Source of the DNA: Callorhinchus milii
Lineage: Eukaryota
Assembly (NCBI RefSeq): GCF_018977255.1
Contig: NW_024704742.1
Coordinates: forward strand, 116,872,001 to 116,936,000
Direction of reading: 5' to 3'
Length of the DNA: 64,000 nt
Below are positions 24,686 through 36,262 of the stretch, in pieces (the stretch's first letter is position 1; every line of letters starts with the position of its first letter). Below the pieces are notes generated by a model. The model saw only the letters and a program-made list of their open reading frames with translations, had not been told where the DNA came from and ran no database searches. Both the position numbers and the translations under genes were made by a program.

Positions 24686-25030
24686 AAAATGCATTCTTAT
24701 GCTGGAAGACTTTCCGAGGCTGCTGGTGACGAGAATTTGTTCAGTTTCCTTTGTGGGGTATCCAGTTGCCAGCTGGTTCTAAGTCATGATGACTGACAAC
24801 TTTTCTTCAGACTAACTCAAAAATAGTAATGAGCGCATCTGATGGTAGTTTTATGTGCTTGATGCTCCAGAGGTGAAATGCAATCCCAAATAGGAAGCTG
24901 GGTGATAACCACTACCAAAAGCTTTATCACCACTCTGTTTCTATGGCAGTGATGGAAACTGTCTACCATAATATAATTGTGTACCTATGCATTATATAAG
25001 AGGAACTAGATAATGTAGCTCTTGTGTCAA

Positions 25031-25345
25031 GTGGAGTCCTGTAGCTCAGTGGTTAGAGCACTCGCCTTGCAAGCGAGACACCTGGGTTCAATTCCAGGCA
25101 GGGCAAAACCTTGAGCAAGTTTCCTTACTCCACACGCCTAATAATAGTCCCTCTAAAACAAAATGATAATAAATTGGTCATTTTCAATCCACGACTGTTT
25201 GTGGGACACTGCTGTGCGCAACTGGCTACCGCGTTCGCCCAAAAATTTACAGTCAATTCACTTTACAGCATATTCTGTGAAGCGCTTTGAGACATCGAGA
25301 AGACGTGAAAAGCGCTATATCAAAATGCAAGGATTATTATATATA
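25031..25345 (+). mobile_element. tRNA-derived SINE
   Basis: Full head; tail GAGACATCGAGAAGACGTG. Confidence 0.88.
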
Positions 25346-25700
25346 TAAGTGACTCTTGTGACACACTATCAGTTAGAACAATCTGTTCAGTGAACTGGAA
25401 TCATTATCAAGAGTAAATAAGTAAATAAATTTTGAATCACGTTTATCTTAATGTTTTTCCTCATAAGTGGAATCATAATTTATAAGGGTTTTTTAAATAC
25501 TGTATTACTGTATTCATATTTACAGTATATTCTGTGAAGCTCTTTGAGACATCTCGAAGACATGATAAGGCGTTATATCAAATGCTAGGAGTATTATTGT
25601 TATTACTGTAGGTGGAAGTAATTAACTGTTTACTTGTGATTAATGACACACTTCACCTTTATGGACATTCATTAACTTTTTTTTCTTCTGCTTATTGTAG

Positions 25701-25851
25701 GTACAAGAGATATTGGCAGACTATGACCCCAATTTTTTCCCAATAAGTCTAGATGAGGCCTATCTGGACATAACAGAACATTTAGAACAAAGGCAGAACT
25801 GGCCTGAACACAAGCGAACATATTACTGTCATAGTGAAAGTGATACACAAG
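25701..25851 (+). CDS. POLK: POLK coding exon 5 (catalytic SLDE motif)
   Basis: VQEILADYDPNFFPISLDEAYLDITEHLEQRQNWPEHKRTYYCHSESDTQ plus 1 nt; acceptor TTGTAG|, donor |GTAATA. Confidence 0.95.
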
Positions 25852-25959
25852 GTAATACTGCAGTTTTCTATGAAACGGAATGACTATACTTTTGTAGGCA
25901 AACTCTTCTTTTTTATTTAGAGTATTGTTGAAATATAATAATATATTTTTATAATTATT

Positions 25960-26342
25960 TATTATTATAATAATAACCCTTGCATTTGATATTGCGCCTT
26001 ATCATGTCTTTGAGATGTCTCAAAGTGCTTCACAGAATATATTGTAAAGTGAATTGACGGTACGTCTTTGGGGAGAAACGGCAATTGCGCACAGCAGTGT
26101 CCTACAAACAGTCAAGCATTGAGTGACCAAATATGTATTTATTTTGATTATTTTTTGAGGCATTATTACCCCCGGAAAAGCGATCCATCAATCAACTAAC
26201 AATCAGGTTCCTACTTACTGCTAGGTAAACAGAGGCATGTGGAGTAAGGAAACTTGCCTGACTTTTCGACCTGCCCGGGAATTGAACCAAGGTCTTTTCG
26301 CTTGCGAGGCGAGTTCTCTAACCACTACACTACAGGACTCCA
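25960..26342 (-). mobile_element. tRNA-derived SINE, long variant
   Basis: Same head and tail plus a roughly 65-nt internal segment (CTGTTTACCTAGCAGTAAGTAGGAACC...GATCGCTTTTCCGGGG) also present at 56650-56720 and 61840-61910. Confidence 0.85.
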
Positions 26343-26611
26343 ATCTAATTCTTTTTATTGAAGAATCAGTAACATTATTAAATAGAATGACCAAGTTGGA
26401 GGCATGTTTGATACACTTTTCTGATTTTTTTTTTACTTTGTCTCACCTATCTTAATGAACAGTATTTTGCTGAGGTTTTGATTTAATTCTGAACGGTTAC
26501 ATCAGAGCCATTCATGTAGTTCAAATGGCATGCATTCAGGGCATAGTGTAATTTTACAGTACTGTATATTATAAAACTTTCATTCTGACATCTATTTAAA
26601 TATTGATATAG

Positions 26612-26878
26612 AGGAAGAAAGCCCGGGTGATTTGCAACCGTCCTTTGAAGATTTGGAAGGCATCTCACCAGTACTCTTTGAAGACAGCCCCCCTGTGTTG
26701 CAGCAGGGAGACTCAGTACATTGTGAAAATCAGCAGGAAGGTTGCTGTATTGAAGGCAGCAAAAAGGAGTCAAATAAGCAGCAGAAAGAAAAAATCGTTT
26801 TTGGAGTTTCGGTGGAAGAAACTGTCCGAGAAATGCGCTTCAGGATTGAGCAGAAAACTAAATTAACAGCAAGTGCAG
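26612..26878 (+). CDS. POLK: POLK coding exon 6
   Basis: EESPGDLQPSFEDLEGISPVLFEDSPP...IVFGVSVEETVREMRFRIEQKTKLTASA; phase 1-1, 267 nt; acceptor ATATAG|, non-canonical donor CAG|GCAAGA. Confidence 0.88.
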
Positions 26879-26981
26879 GCAAGAACCTGTTAGTGTATGA
26901 GTTAGAGGCAGACTATTCATTTTAAGAAGCTTGATTTATGATCATTTAACAATCTAATTTGAATAACCCTGATGGTGTAAG

Positions 26982-27217
26982 CAGGGTGGTCCAAAGTTTT
27001 GGCTGTTGACGTCTGGATGCCGTATTTGAAAATATTACTTATGCGGTCTGTGGGCAGCATAAGTAATATTTTTGTGTTTCCCTTCCAGAAACGTAACATA
27101 ACAATATGGGTTATATGGAGGGAGTGGGTGGGCCAGATGAAATGTTGGGGAGGGGATGGGCTGGATGAAATCGGCCCTCAGGCCGGATGCGGACCTAGGC
27201 TGCCAGTTGGATAACTG
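26982..27217. mobile_element. hAT (Charlie-like) MITE
   Basis: Ends CAGGGTGGTCCAA...TTGGATAACTG (imperfect TIRs), GTGTAAG on both flanks, GC-rich subterminal CGGCCC/GGCCGG motifs; partial reverse copy at 13161-13310. Confidence 0.7.
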
Positions 27218-27224
27218 GTGTAAG

Positions 27225-27515
27225 GAATAGAGCTGTACGGATAGGAGTTTGCTGGTTCAAATCCTGGTCTGTTGCGTTTTCTGGCCTCTGCATGGTAAGG
27301 CTAAAATGTCCCCAAGCTTCCCAGGGTTAAGGAAGAGAAAACCAGTTGGTTATTGTTACTGGTCCCTTTACAGAATTTTCACAATGCTGTATAGGGACTG
27401 AGGCTTGGCTGTGACACCCTTTACTTTTGAGTGGCCTGCTAACATGCAAGCGTGAACATAGGCCACTTGAGCAAAGTACCCAAGAGTAACCAGCGTCTGT
27501 GGAACCGATCAGTTG
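27225..27515 (+). mobile_element. Old SINE-like repeat
   Basis: GGTTCAAATCCTGGTC B-box-like motif followed by AGGAAGAGAAAACCAG; diverged copies at about 39880-40100 and 50485-50620, and reverse copies at about 51650-51920 and 660-770. Confidence 0.5.
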
Positions 27516-28282
27516 GGGTGGGATGGAATTAGGGAAAAAAAATAAACGAAACGGTTTTAAGAATGTATATCATCTTGTTACTACATTTTCTTTTTCATTC
27601 TGCTGAAATAATAAATTGGTATGAATTTAGTCCCATCACACTAAGCTTCAAGCATATTAAAAGAGAAGTAAGGGATACATTTTGTTCTTGCTTTTAACAT
27701 TTATTTTTGCATCATTAAAATTGTTTGATTGAAATTATCCAATTCTGTTCTTTCCTGTTTTCAGAGCATTTGTTCTAATTTATGTTGATTCCATGGTGTG
27801 ATGAAACTATCTGAGGGGGAAACTAAGTATCTAAGCTTACAATGGCATTGATCTTTTTTAAAAAGCATTTGGGGATTTTATTTAATCTTATGAATGCGAA
27901 TCCATTCTTGACAAAATGGAAGAATTTGCATTTGAAATGATTTTGTTCAATTTTAATAACCCACTGGCATACAATACCATTTACATTTATGCTTCACTTC
28001 AGGAGGATGTCTCAAAGCGCAGTTGGTAGGCACCTGGTTGGGGGGAAGGAAAAAAGCACAGTTGAAGAGGTAATTCTTAAATCAGGATTTAAAAGTGGGG
28101 AGAAGCAGAGATCATCCGTAAAATGTAAAGAATGTTGGATCTGTAGTGAGATTGAGTCGATCACAATGGGTTAGGCCTTTTCTTCCTGCTAAGTAGTTTT
28201 CTTTTTGACATAGCAGTAACCAAAGAGAGCTGGACTTACAAAACCTGATTTGTATTTTTGTTTCTCTACTTGATATTTCTAG

Positions 28283-28407
28283 GAATTGCACCAAATACAA
28301 TGTTGTCCAAAGTATGCAGTGACATGAAGAAACCTAACGGCCAGTATCGAATTCCATTTGACAGTGAAGCTGTGATGGGCTTCATCAAGAACTTACCTAT
28401 TAGAAAG
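28283..28407 (+). CDS. POLK: POLK coding exon 7
   Basis: (G)IAPNTMLSKVCSDMKKPNGQYRIPFDSEAVMGFIKNLPIRK; acceptor TTCTAG|, donor |GTAATC. Confidence 0.95.
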
Positions 28408-30005
28408 GTAATCCAGAAATTGCATTAGTGTTTCAGATTTTGTTATTCGCTTCATGCCATGAATAGTTCAAGCCAACAACAGGAAAAGTTTGAGCAATTG
28501 GTTTCTTTCTTTAATTTCAGTCATTGTTGCAGGTTAACATGACCTCCATTCAACAATAGTTATTTTCATCCTGTACTTAATAGGAGTTTCTGAGTCCTGC
28601 CTAACTTCCTTGGAATTCACATTCTCAATGACTGTTTTTAAAGGTCTAATGGCCCTTTTTAATGACTGATTGTTGCAATTATAGACATAATTTTACAGAT
28701 TTTTATCGGATTATTCTGTTGGGTTACCCCTATACTTTTGTTTACCAACCCAATTTTCTTCATCTACTGTCTTGACACCTGGAGCTAAGACGGCACCATG
28801 TCTACTTCAAAATTGGCAATACCTGCTTATAAACCTTCACCAGGACATGTAAGAGACTCACCAGCCATGACTCTTCCCTCCCAATTTTACCCCTCCCCCA
28901 AGATCGGGAAACAGCAGAGCCTCTCCAGGCTTCATGAAGAACACAGCTTCCTATGGGGTGTTTTCCTACTCAATATGATCCTTGCATTTGATATAGCGCT
29001 TTTCACGTCGGGAGGACGTCCCAAAGTGCTTCACAGAACACACTGTAAAGTGAATTGACTGTATATTTGTGGGTGAATATAGTTCAGATTGAATATAGTT
29101 CAGATTGAGAACTAAGTGGTTTCAATTTTCGTTAACCATAACAAATTACATTTGTATAGCGCCTTTCACGTCAGGAGGATGTTCTAAGGCGCTGGACAGT
29201 CAGGGACCCACACCTGAGCTGCTGTTTGGGATCAGGAGGGGTGGAGGGCAGGAGGATAGGGTAGAAGGGTGACCGAAGACAAGGTTGAAGAGGAGGGTCT
29301 TGAGACGGGTCTTGAAGGAGGCAATTCAGTGATTTTCATACGGTATTTAGCGCTTTGGGACATCCTCCCGACGTGAAAGGCGCTCTATAAATTGAATCTT
29401 CTTGTTGTTTGGGTTAAACTTTTCACTTGTGCGCTTTTTTTTACAACAACAACAAGATTCCATTTATAAAGCTTTTACCAGTTATAAAGCTTTTACCAGT
29501 TGCTGTCAGTATATTTTTAAAACTGGAGTGGCCTAAGGGCAAGCAACTTTTTTTCCTCATTAAATGATTGGTTTCTGTTTGGGTAGAAGGATCTGATGCT
29601 GTGCTGATTTCTGTATTTTATTTGCACCTGGAAGATGCCTTTCTGAGTAGAACTGAAGTACCTCACTCAGTAGCCTATCCACCTTGACAAATTCTGCACT
29701 TTGTTATTAACTCTCAAACTAATATTTTCCGATAAGTTTAAATTTAGAGTTACAGGACATTATCTTGCATTTTGGCTCAGGACAGGTATCGGAAACAACC
29801 AACAAATAATTATCTTTAATGGCATTGTACTATTTTGAAAAAGTTTATTATTTTAGAATGGGCCTCCTATTTATCCATCTGAACAGGCAGCCAGAACCTT
29901 GGTTTAATATCTCATCTGAAGGATGGCAAAATAATGTTTCTAATAAGCCACAATCTGTGATTGTATTGTATCTGGTGGATACATAATCATTAATTTTTTT
30001 TGTAG

Positions 30006-30172
30006 GTACCTGGGATTGGAAAAGTGACAGAAAAGTTGCTGAATGCTCTTGGCATCACTAAATGCACTGAATTGTACCAGCAGGGGGCACTGCTTTCCCT
30101 CCTCTTCTCTGAAACTTCTTGGCATCATTTTCTAGAAATCTCACTTGGCCTGGGTGGCACACATCTTGAAAG
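30006..30172 (+). CDS. POLK: POLK coding exon 8 (thumb, HhH)
   Basis: VPGIGKVTEKLLNALGITKCTELYQQGALLSLLFSETSWHHFLEISLGLGGTHLE plus 2 nt; acceptor TGTAG|, donor |GTAAAT. Confidence 0.95.
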
Positions 30173-32415
30173 GTAAATATGCTGATATAAGATGTATGTG
30201 AGTTCTATAATTTTAATTGTTGGCTTATAATATAAAGACACAGTTTCAAATAAAATGGCAAATCATGGTGAGTCTCACAAAATTTATCCCAGAATGTTTT
30301 TTTCTCTGCCAGTTCTTCTATCCTCTGGTTAGACATTTTGTCTTTGTTTGCTGTATTGGTAACTCACAGCTTGGGAAAGAAGCTTGAATACAAGGTGCCC
30401 AAGAAAATTCCCATTTTTTAGGTTAAAAATACCTCACTTATCTATTTGTTCCACATAAGCTCATCCCTTTAAAATGTGTTCTAGGACCTGGGTGGCCACC
30501 TTTTATCATAGACTCTGGTACTTCAGCTGCAACCTGATCCAAGGACTACACAGCTTGTCAGTGACCTGGGGATTTGAACTCAACTGATTTGGCAGGATAG
30601 CTGATAATCCTATTTGCTTTGTTTATTATTGTTTCACACTGTTTGGGGATGGCAAGCAACATGTCAACTGACATCCCTAGCTTTCTCAAGTTCCCTCTTG
30701 GCAAGTTAACCCTGCAAGCCAAAGCCCTAACAGGTAAGGTGGTCCTCGCTGGACAAGCAGCAGGAAAGTTTGCCAGACAGCAATATCAATGGCAAACGCT
30801 GTGGTTTTAGCTGGTTAGTCTCCAGCAGTACCCCAACACACACTCTGGGGTCCCCAAGCCTGGACTCTTGCTAACCTGAGACTAATAGTTTCTGGAATTA
30901 GGTAAGCAGGATGCGTCCCTCCAAGGAGAGAGTGCACATTCTATTCCAACAATCCGTCTCGGGGATTTGCATGTGTAGGTGGGATGCATGGAATTCTCAG
31001 CTTGATTTGGATATTCTTACGTGATGGGTCTCCACATGGATCAGTGTTTACCTGCCCCCCCCCCCCCCCCCCCCCCACCACACACATACACACGCACAAC
31101 TCTGTTCAACACCACCTCTGTAAAGCACTCCAAGATGTTATTCTACGAAGGGTTATATAAATGGAAGCTGTTGTTTTCCAAATATTTGCCAAAGTCCCAT
31201 TTTAAAGCTATTAAATTCTATTAAATTATTAAGATCAAAATATAAATTTTATTTGTTTGACTTGTTTTCTTTATGACCTTGTCTATCTTTGCTGGTCAGT
31301 GTAATCAAGCTTAATTTGCCCGCAAAATATAGTCAATTCACTTTACAATATATTCAATGAAGCACTTTTGAGAAGTCTCAAATATGTGATAAGGCGCCAT
31401 ATCAAATTCAATTATTATTATTAAGAACTTGATTACACTAACCAACAGACACCGATAAGCTCAAAAAGAGTATAAGTGGAGTCCTATACAGACTTCATGG
31501 GCTAAACGACAACAACAACAAATTGCATTTATATAGCACCTTTCATGTTGGGAGGATGTCTCCAGGCACTGGATAGTCAAAAGGTTTTCCCCCAAGCTGG
31601 GGGTTGGAATCAATTAGGGTGGAGGGCATCGGGAGGTGGTGATGGGAAGATGACCGTTGAAGAGGAAGGTCTTGAGACGGGCCTTGAAAGGAGGCAAGAG
31701 AGGGGGCAAGGCTGGGGGCTCCAGGATGGAATTTCATGGAAGGGCTAAGGAGAGCAGCGCAGGAGGGTGTGAGAGCTTAAAGCGCTGTAAACATTACTCA
31801 AACAACAATTTCACAATTTTTTTAAAAAATTGCAGTTAAATCAGAAAGTGATGAGATTCAAATCTTGCCTGTGTCATGTGGGTGAGGTATGGCATAGAGG
31901 CCTCTATACCATATAAAATCTAATTAAAAGGCAGAACAGGCTCAAAGGCCCGAAAGGCCTATTCCTGTTCCTATGCTTCCTCACAGGAAGGGAAGAAAAG
32001 AAAATTAGAGGGTAAACCATATCTGCCCCAAAATTTGTAGTGAAATATTTGTAATCACTTCAGATGGAGAATGGTGGATAGAAAGAAAAATGGCAAATAA
32101 TTAAACAACAAAGAAAACGTAGAACGTTTACAGCACGGAAACTGACCTTCGGCCCATGACTGTGTTTATCCTTGTTAAGAGACTCAAACGTGTTGTTAAT
32201 ACACATTGTAACCCAGTCTTCGAAGAAATTGTTAAACATAAATCTTGAGAAGATGAGTGCCAATTATAGGAACTCTATTAGCCGAAAAGGACAAACCTTT
32301 ACCATAAAGGATATAGTAAATTTATAGTTGAAGGAATTTAAGAAAAATCCTCAAATAAATGTTGACTTTTGATGAATTAAAAATAAAGTGAAATGTGTTT
32401 CTGATATTTGTTCTT

Positions 32416-32511
32416 AATAATAATAATCCTTGCATTTGATATAGCGCTTTTCACGTCTTCTAGACGTCCCAAAGCGCTTCACAGAATATACTGTAAAGTG
32501 AATTGACTGTA
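32416..32511 (-). mobile_element. 5'-truncated SINE 3' end just upstream of a POLK splice acceptor
   Basis: (TAA)n-TCCTTGCATTTGATATAGCGC...GTGAATTGACTGTA, flanked by TTCTTA at 32411-32416 and 32512-32517. Confidence 0.85.
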
Positions 32512-32529
32512 TTCTTATTCTTTTTGTAG

Positions 32530-32562
32530 AGATGGTGAAAGGAAGAGTATGAGCATAGAAAG
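32530..32562 (+). CDS. POLK: POLK coding exon 9 (33-nt small exon)
   Basis: (R)DGERKSMSIE(R), with the conserved RKS linker; acceptor TTTTTGTAG|, donor |GTAAGT; phase 2-2. Confidence 0.93.
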
Positions 32563-32699
32563 GTAAGTCTTTCACACTACTACTCTGATCCAATCATTAT
32601 TTTGCATATCAGTCTGTGATGACAACAATGAGTGTCAATTAAAATTTGTAGAAATCACACATACTTGAAAGTATCTTTGATCTAATAATTCAATTAGTT

Positions 32700-32995
32700 A
32701 ATGAAAGTTTTGCACATAGCAATATCCCACAAACCCATAAAGTGAATGACCAATTTAATCTGATGGATTGTTGGCCAGGATACCAGGAGAAACTCTTTTC
32801 TCTTTTGGAATCGTGCCGTGGATCTTCAACGTCCACTCGAACAGGCTGATAGGATCTCAGTTTAATGTCTCCACCAATGCAGCCCATTCCTAGCACTGTG
32901 CTGGAATGGCAGCCTAGACTGAGTTCAAAATCCCAACATGGGGCTTGAACCCACAACCTCCTGACTCAGAGGCAAGAGTGCTACCAAGTGAGCCG
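32700..32995 (-). mobile_element. Deu-domain SINE
   Basis: Reverse complement has head GGTAGCACTCTTGCCTCTGAGTCAGGAGGTTGTGGGTTCAAGCCC and Deu core GTGGACGTTGAAGATCCACGGCAC...CCTGGCCAAC. Confidence 0.75.
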
Positions 32996-33067
32996 ACAAC
33001 AAATGCAAGGATTGTTTACATGCTGGGACTTTAGAAAAAGTTGCATGATTCATATCTTGTATTTTAG

Positions 33068-33164
33068 GACATTCAACGAAATTTGCAAAGCAGAGGAGCA
33101 GTACAGCTTGTGCCGTGATCTTTGTAGTGACCTTGCTGAAGATCTCCACAAGAATGGACTTCGG
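33068..33164 (+). CDS. POLK: POLK coding exon 10 (little finger/PAD)
   Basis: TFNEICKAEEQYSLCRDLCSDLAEDLHKNGLR; acceptor TTTTAG|, donor |GTATAG; 97 nt. Confidence 0.93.
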
Positions 33165-33298
33165 GTATAGCTTGTCCTTGTTTACATTTGTCTTTATACC
33201 TAAAAGGTTTGAAAATGTTATAGTTAATCATTGTTGGGTAAAAATAGACCTTTCCAGGGATTTTTCAATGTTTCAGAGTTGCTTTCTTTGCATCTTAG

Positions 33299-33470
33299 GG
33301 AAAAACTGTTACCATAAAGCTGAAGAATGTACATTTTGATGTGAAGACAAGGGCCTGCACTGTTCCAGTGCCGGTCTCCACCGAAGAGAAGATTTTTGCT
33401 GTTGCGTATAAATTACTAAAGACTGAGATTGACAGCCTCCACCCACAGCCACTGAGATTGAGACTTATGG
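33299..33470 (+). CDS. POLK: POLK coding exon 11 (PAD)
   Basis: GKTVTIKLKNVHFDVKTRACTVPVPVSTEEKIFAVAYKLLKTEIDSLHPQPLRLRLM plus 1 nt; acceptor TCTTAG|, donor |GTAAAG. Confidence 0.95.
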
Positions 33471-34074
33471 GTAAAGCAATAACGCACAGTAGGATATTTT
33501 TGGCAGAAAATGTGCAGTTGTGACAATTAATACATCCCTTTATTTTATGGTGTAGTTATTCATCATTAAACTAATAAAAGTTAACTATCTATTAATACAA
33601 AGTTCTTGATATAATTAAGCACAAACTAGAACCTCTCCATTTTAACCTTTCCTTTTCTGTTGGGAGACCGTTAAACTGTATACTGATTGCTCCCGTATAC
33701 TGAGATTTCAGGAAAAACATGCATGAAGGTATGAATTGGATACCAGATTTAGCAATCAAATGAAAATAATCAAAAACGCTTTTGTACATAACAAAGTGTG
33801 TAAATTTCCATTGCATGAAAAGTAAAAATACAAGGGCCAATTTTTTTTATTTGCTTTGAACCTGACCTTTTCCCAACCCTGTTTTATCTGGCTTGTTGCT
33901 TTTAACATGAGCCAGTTACGAAAGCAATGAAGGTCGTAACAGGAAACTTTTTTGTGCCTTTATTAACAAAATGAAAGGATATTTGTTTTATGCTTGGCCC
34001 TCATCCATGCCGTTGTCAGCTCCAACCCTGCTCCCTTGCCTCTCCAGCTCCATTCTTGGCAAGCTCCAGACAAT

Positions 34075-34470
34075 AATAATAATCCTTACATTTGGTATAG
34101 TGTTTTCATGTTAGGAGGACCTCCCGAAGCACTTCACAGGATTTACTATAAAAAGTGGAGTGACTGTGTTTTGTGGGCGAATACAGCAATCAATTTGCAC
34201 ACAGCAATGTCCCACAAGCAGCTGTGAAGTGAATGACCAAATTTATTTAGGGGATTGTTGGCCAGAACACCAGGAGAAACTCCCTTTTCTTTTTAACTAG
34301 TGGGACCTTGGGAGACCACAATTCCACAACAAAATAACAGCCGTGGGATCTTTAATGTCCACCTAAAAAGGCAGATGGTCCCTTGGTTTAATTTCTGATC
34401 CATAAGGACAGGACCTCCCAACAATCCAGCACACCCCAGCACTGAATTGGAGTGTCAACATATGGGTTCC
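34075..34470 (-). mobile_element. Deu-domain SINE (decayed)
   Basis: Deu core plus the shared tail. Confidence 0.7.
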
Positions 34471-35044
34471 AAGTTCGTATTGTTAAATCCACTTTAAGAC
34501 TTACCGCTTCGACCTATGGTCACCTCCCCCTTCTCCCTTGCTCGGCGTCTAACCCTGCCACTCTACAGTGCTCTGAAATACTATACAATATAATATAGGA
34601 TAGAAGTAGATGTTATTTTGTACTTTCTTTCCTTCACTTCAGATGATCTGTGGTTGAGGGAATCGAGAGGCTTATGGCACTGGTAACATCTTTCTTAAAA
34701 TAGTAGCTTCAATGTAAATGGCCAACCTTTCCCCCTTCCTTTAGTAGTTGGACTTGTGAGGCCTCTATTTGACAGTTTTGGCTAACATTGATGTTTGGGG
34801 AACTGCTTGTGAACCCAACAAGCTCCACTACTTTCCTGCCTCTTGATACTTTGTGAAACAAAATTCCATTTGGAGGAGTACCAATGATGCTTAAAAGCCT
34901 TTCATATGCACATAAATTGTAATTTATTTTTTGTTTTAAATTTGGAATTATTTTGATTTCAATGGTAACCTTTTAAACTAAAATCTAGACTGTGATAAAC
35001 TATAATGCAATATTTTTATTTCTCCCTTGTGCTCTTCAATGCAG

Positions 35045-36262
35045 GTATAAAGGTGTCTGGCTTTGTTCAGCAAGAAGTGAAAAGATCTTGCCAAAAATCT
35101 ATCATCAATTTCTTCCATGGTGGAATACCTGAGCGTTCCCCTGAGTCTGAAAGCAAAGAGATTAAAACCCAAGTAGAAATTCCACAAACATCTGGAGCGG
35201 AGAGCTTCTTCAACAAAAAACGTGCAATGTGGCAGCAAAACAATCAGGAGGCCTTTTTCAAAAGGGTTCTTGCAAACAGGCATCAGGAAACCTGCAAAAC
35301 TGCCGTAACCATGCCAGTGGGCAGTGTGGATGAAATGCAGTCTGATGGTGGACTGACTGCAGAGATGAAGATAACCAGCAATTGCCCAATATGCTTCAAA
35401 ATGCAGAGTGTACCTAATCTAGAGGCGTTTAACAAGCACATCGATGAGTGCCTAAGTACAAGCATAGTGGAAGAGAATTTACCTCCTTCAGTTATAGAGA
35501 TAGCAGATGAAATGATTATTTCAAAAACAAGTTCAGCATTTATGAAGGAAGGATCTGTCTTGGATAATAATTTAAGAAAGAAAAATTTGATTAATCTAAA
35601 AAGTTATCATTTAAACAAGGAGCAGAAGGGCAAGAAATGTAGCAAGAAGTCTTCAAAGATGAGTCCAAATATTATAGAAGACGTTTTAGAAACAGAAGCT
35701 GAAAACAGCAATTATTGTAGAGCATCTTTAATAGAAAGCAGCACATACTGTATTGGAGAATCTGTTCAACAGACTGATGTAACAGAGACATTAAATGATC
35801 ATATAGCTTTGCCTGACTATACAGCAAAATCTTTGGAAGTCGGAAAGGACAGTAATGCATTTGAAAGGGAATTTTCAAACCACAATCTATCTTGCACTAA
35901 AGAACCTCTTAAATCTAGTAAATCAACACAGCTGGAAGAAATATACGATCAACAAAATGTTAGCTGTAACATATTAGAACACTCTTTGTCTGTACAACAT
36001 AACCAATTGAGACCAAGAACTCAATATGTGGAGCAGTCAAGTCAGACGATATCTAAAATGTCAAAGAAAAAGCATTCAATCCAAGTTGGAGAAGCCACAG
36101 CCTTGGTTTGTCCAGTTTGCAATGTTGAGCAAGCAAAAACTGATCTGTCAGCATTTAACCAGCATGTTGATATATGTTTAAACCAAGGGGTTATACAGGA
36201 GCTCATTGAAAGACAAGCTCATCCATCCAACACATACAATGTTTCAAATCGGAATATCGTAG
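35045..36262 (+). CDS. POLK: POLK coding exon 12 (PIP-like box, RIR, two UBZ4 zinc fingers)
   Basis: Inside the 453-aa ORF. Contains QKSIINFF, SFFNKKR, CPICFKMQSVPNLEAFNKHIDEC (35383-35451) and CPVCNVEQAKTDLSAFNQHVDIC (36109-36177); acceptor TGCAG|, donor |GTGAGT; 1218 nt. Confidence 0.95.

Noticed and set aside
29085..29500. Short exact duplications (GAATATAGTTCAGATT x2; TTATAAAGCTTTTACCAGTT x2)
   Set aside because: Slippage or insertion scars at repeat junctions.
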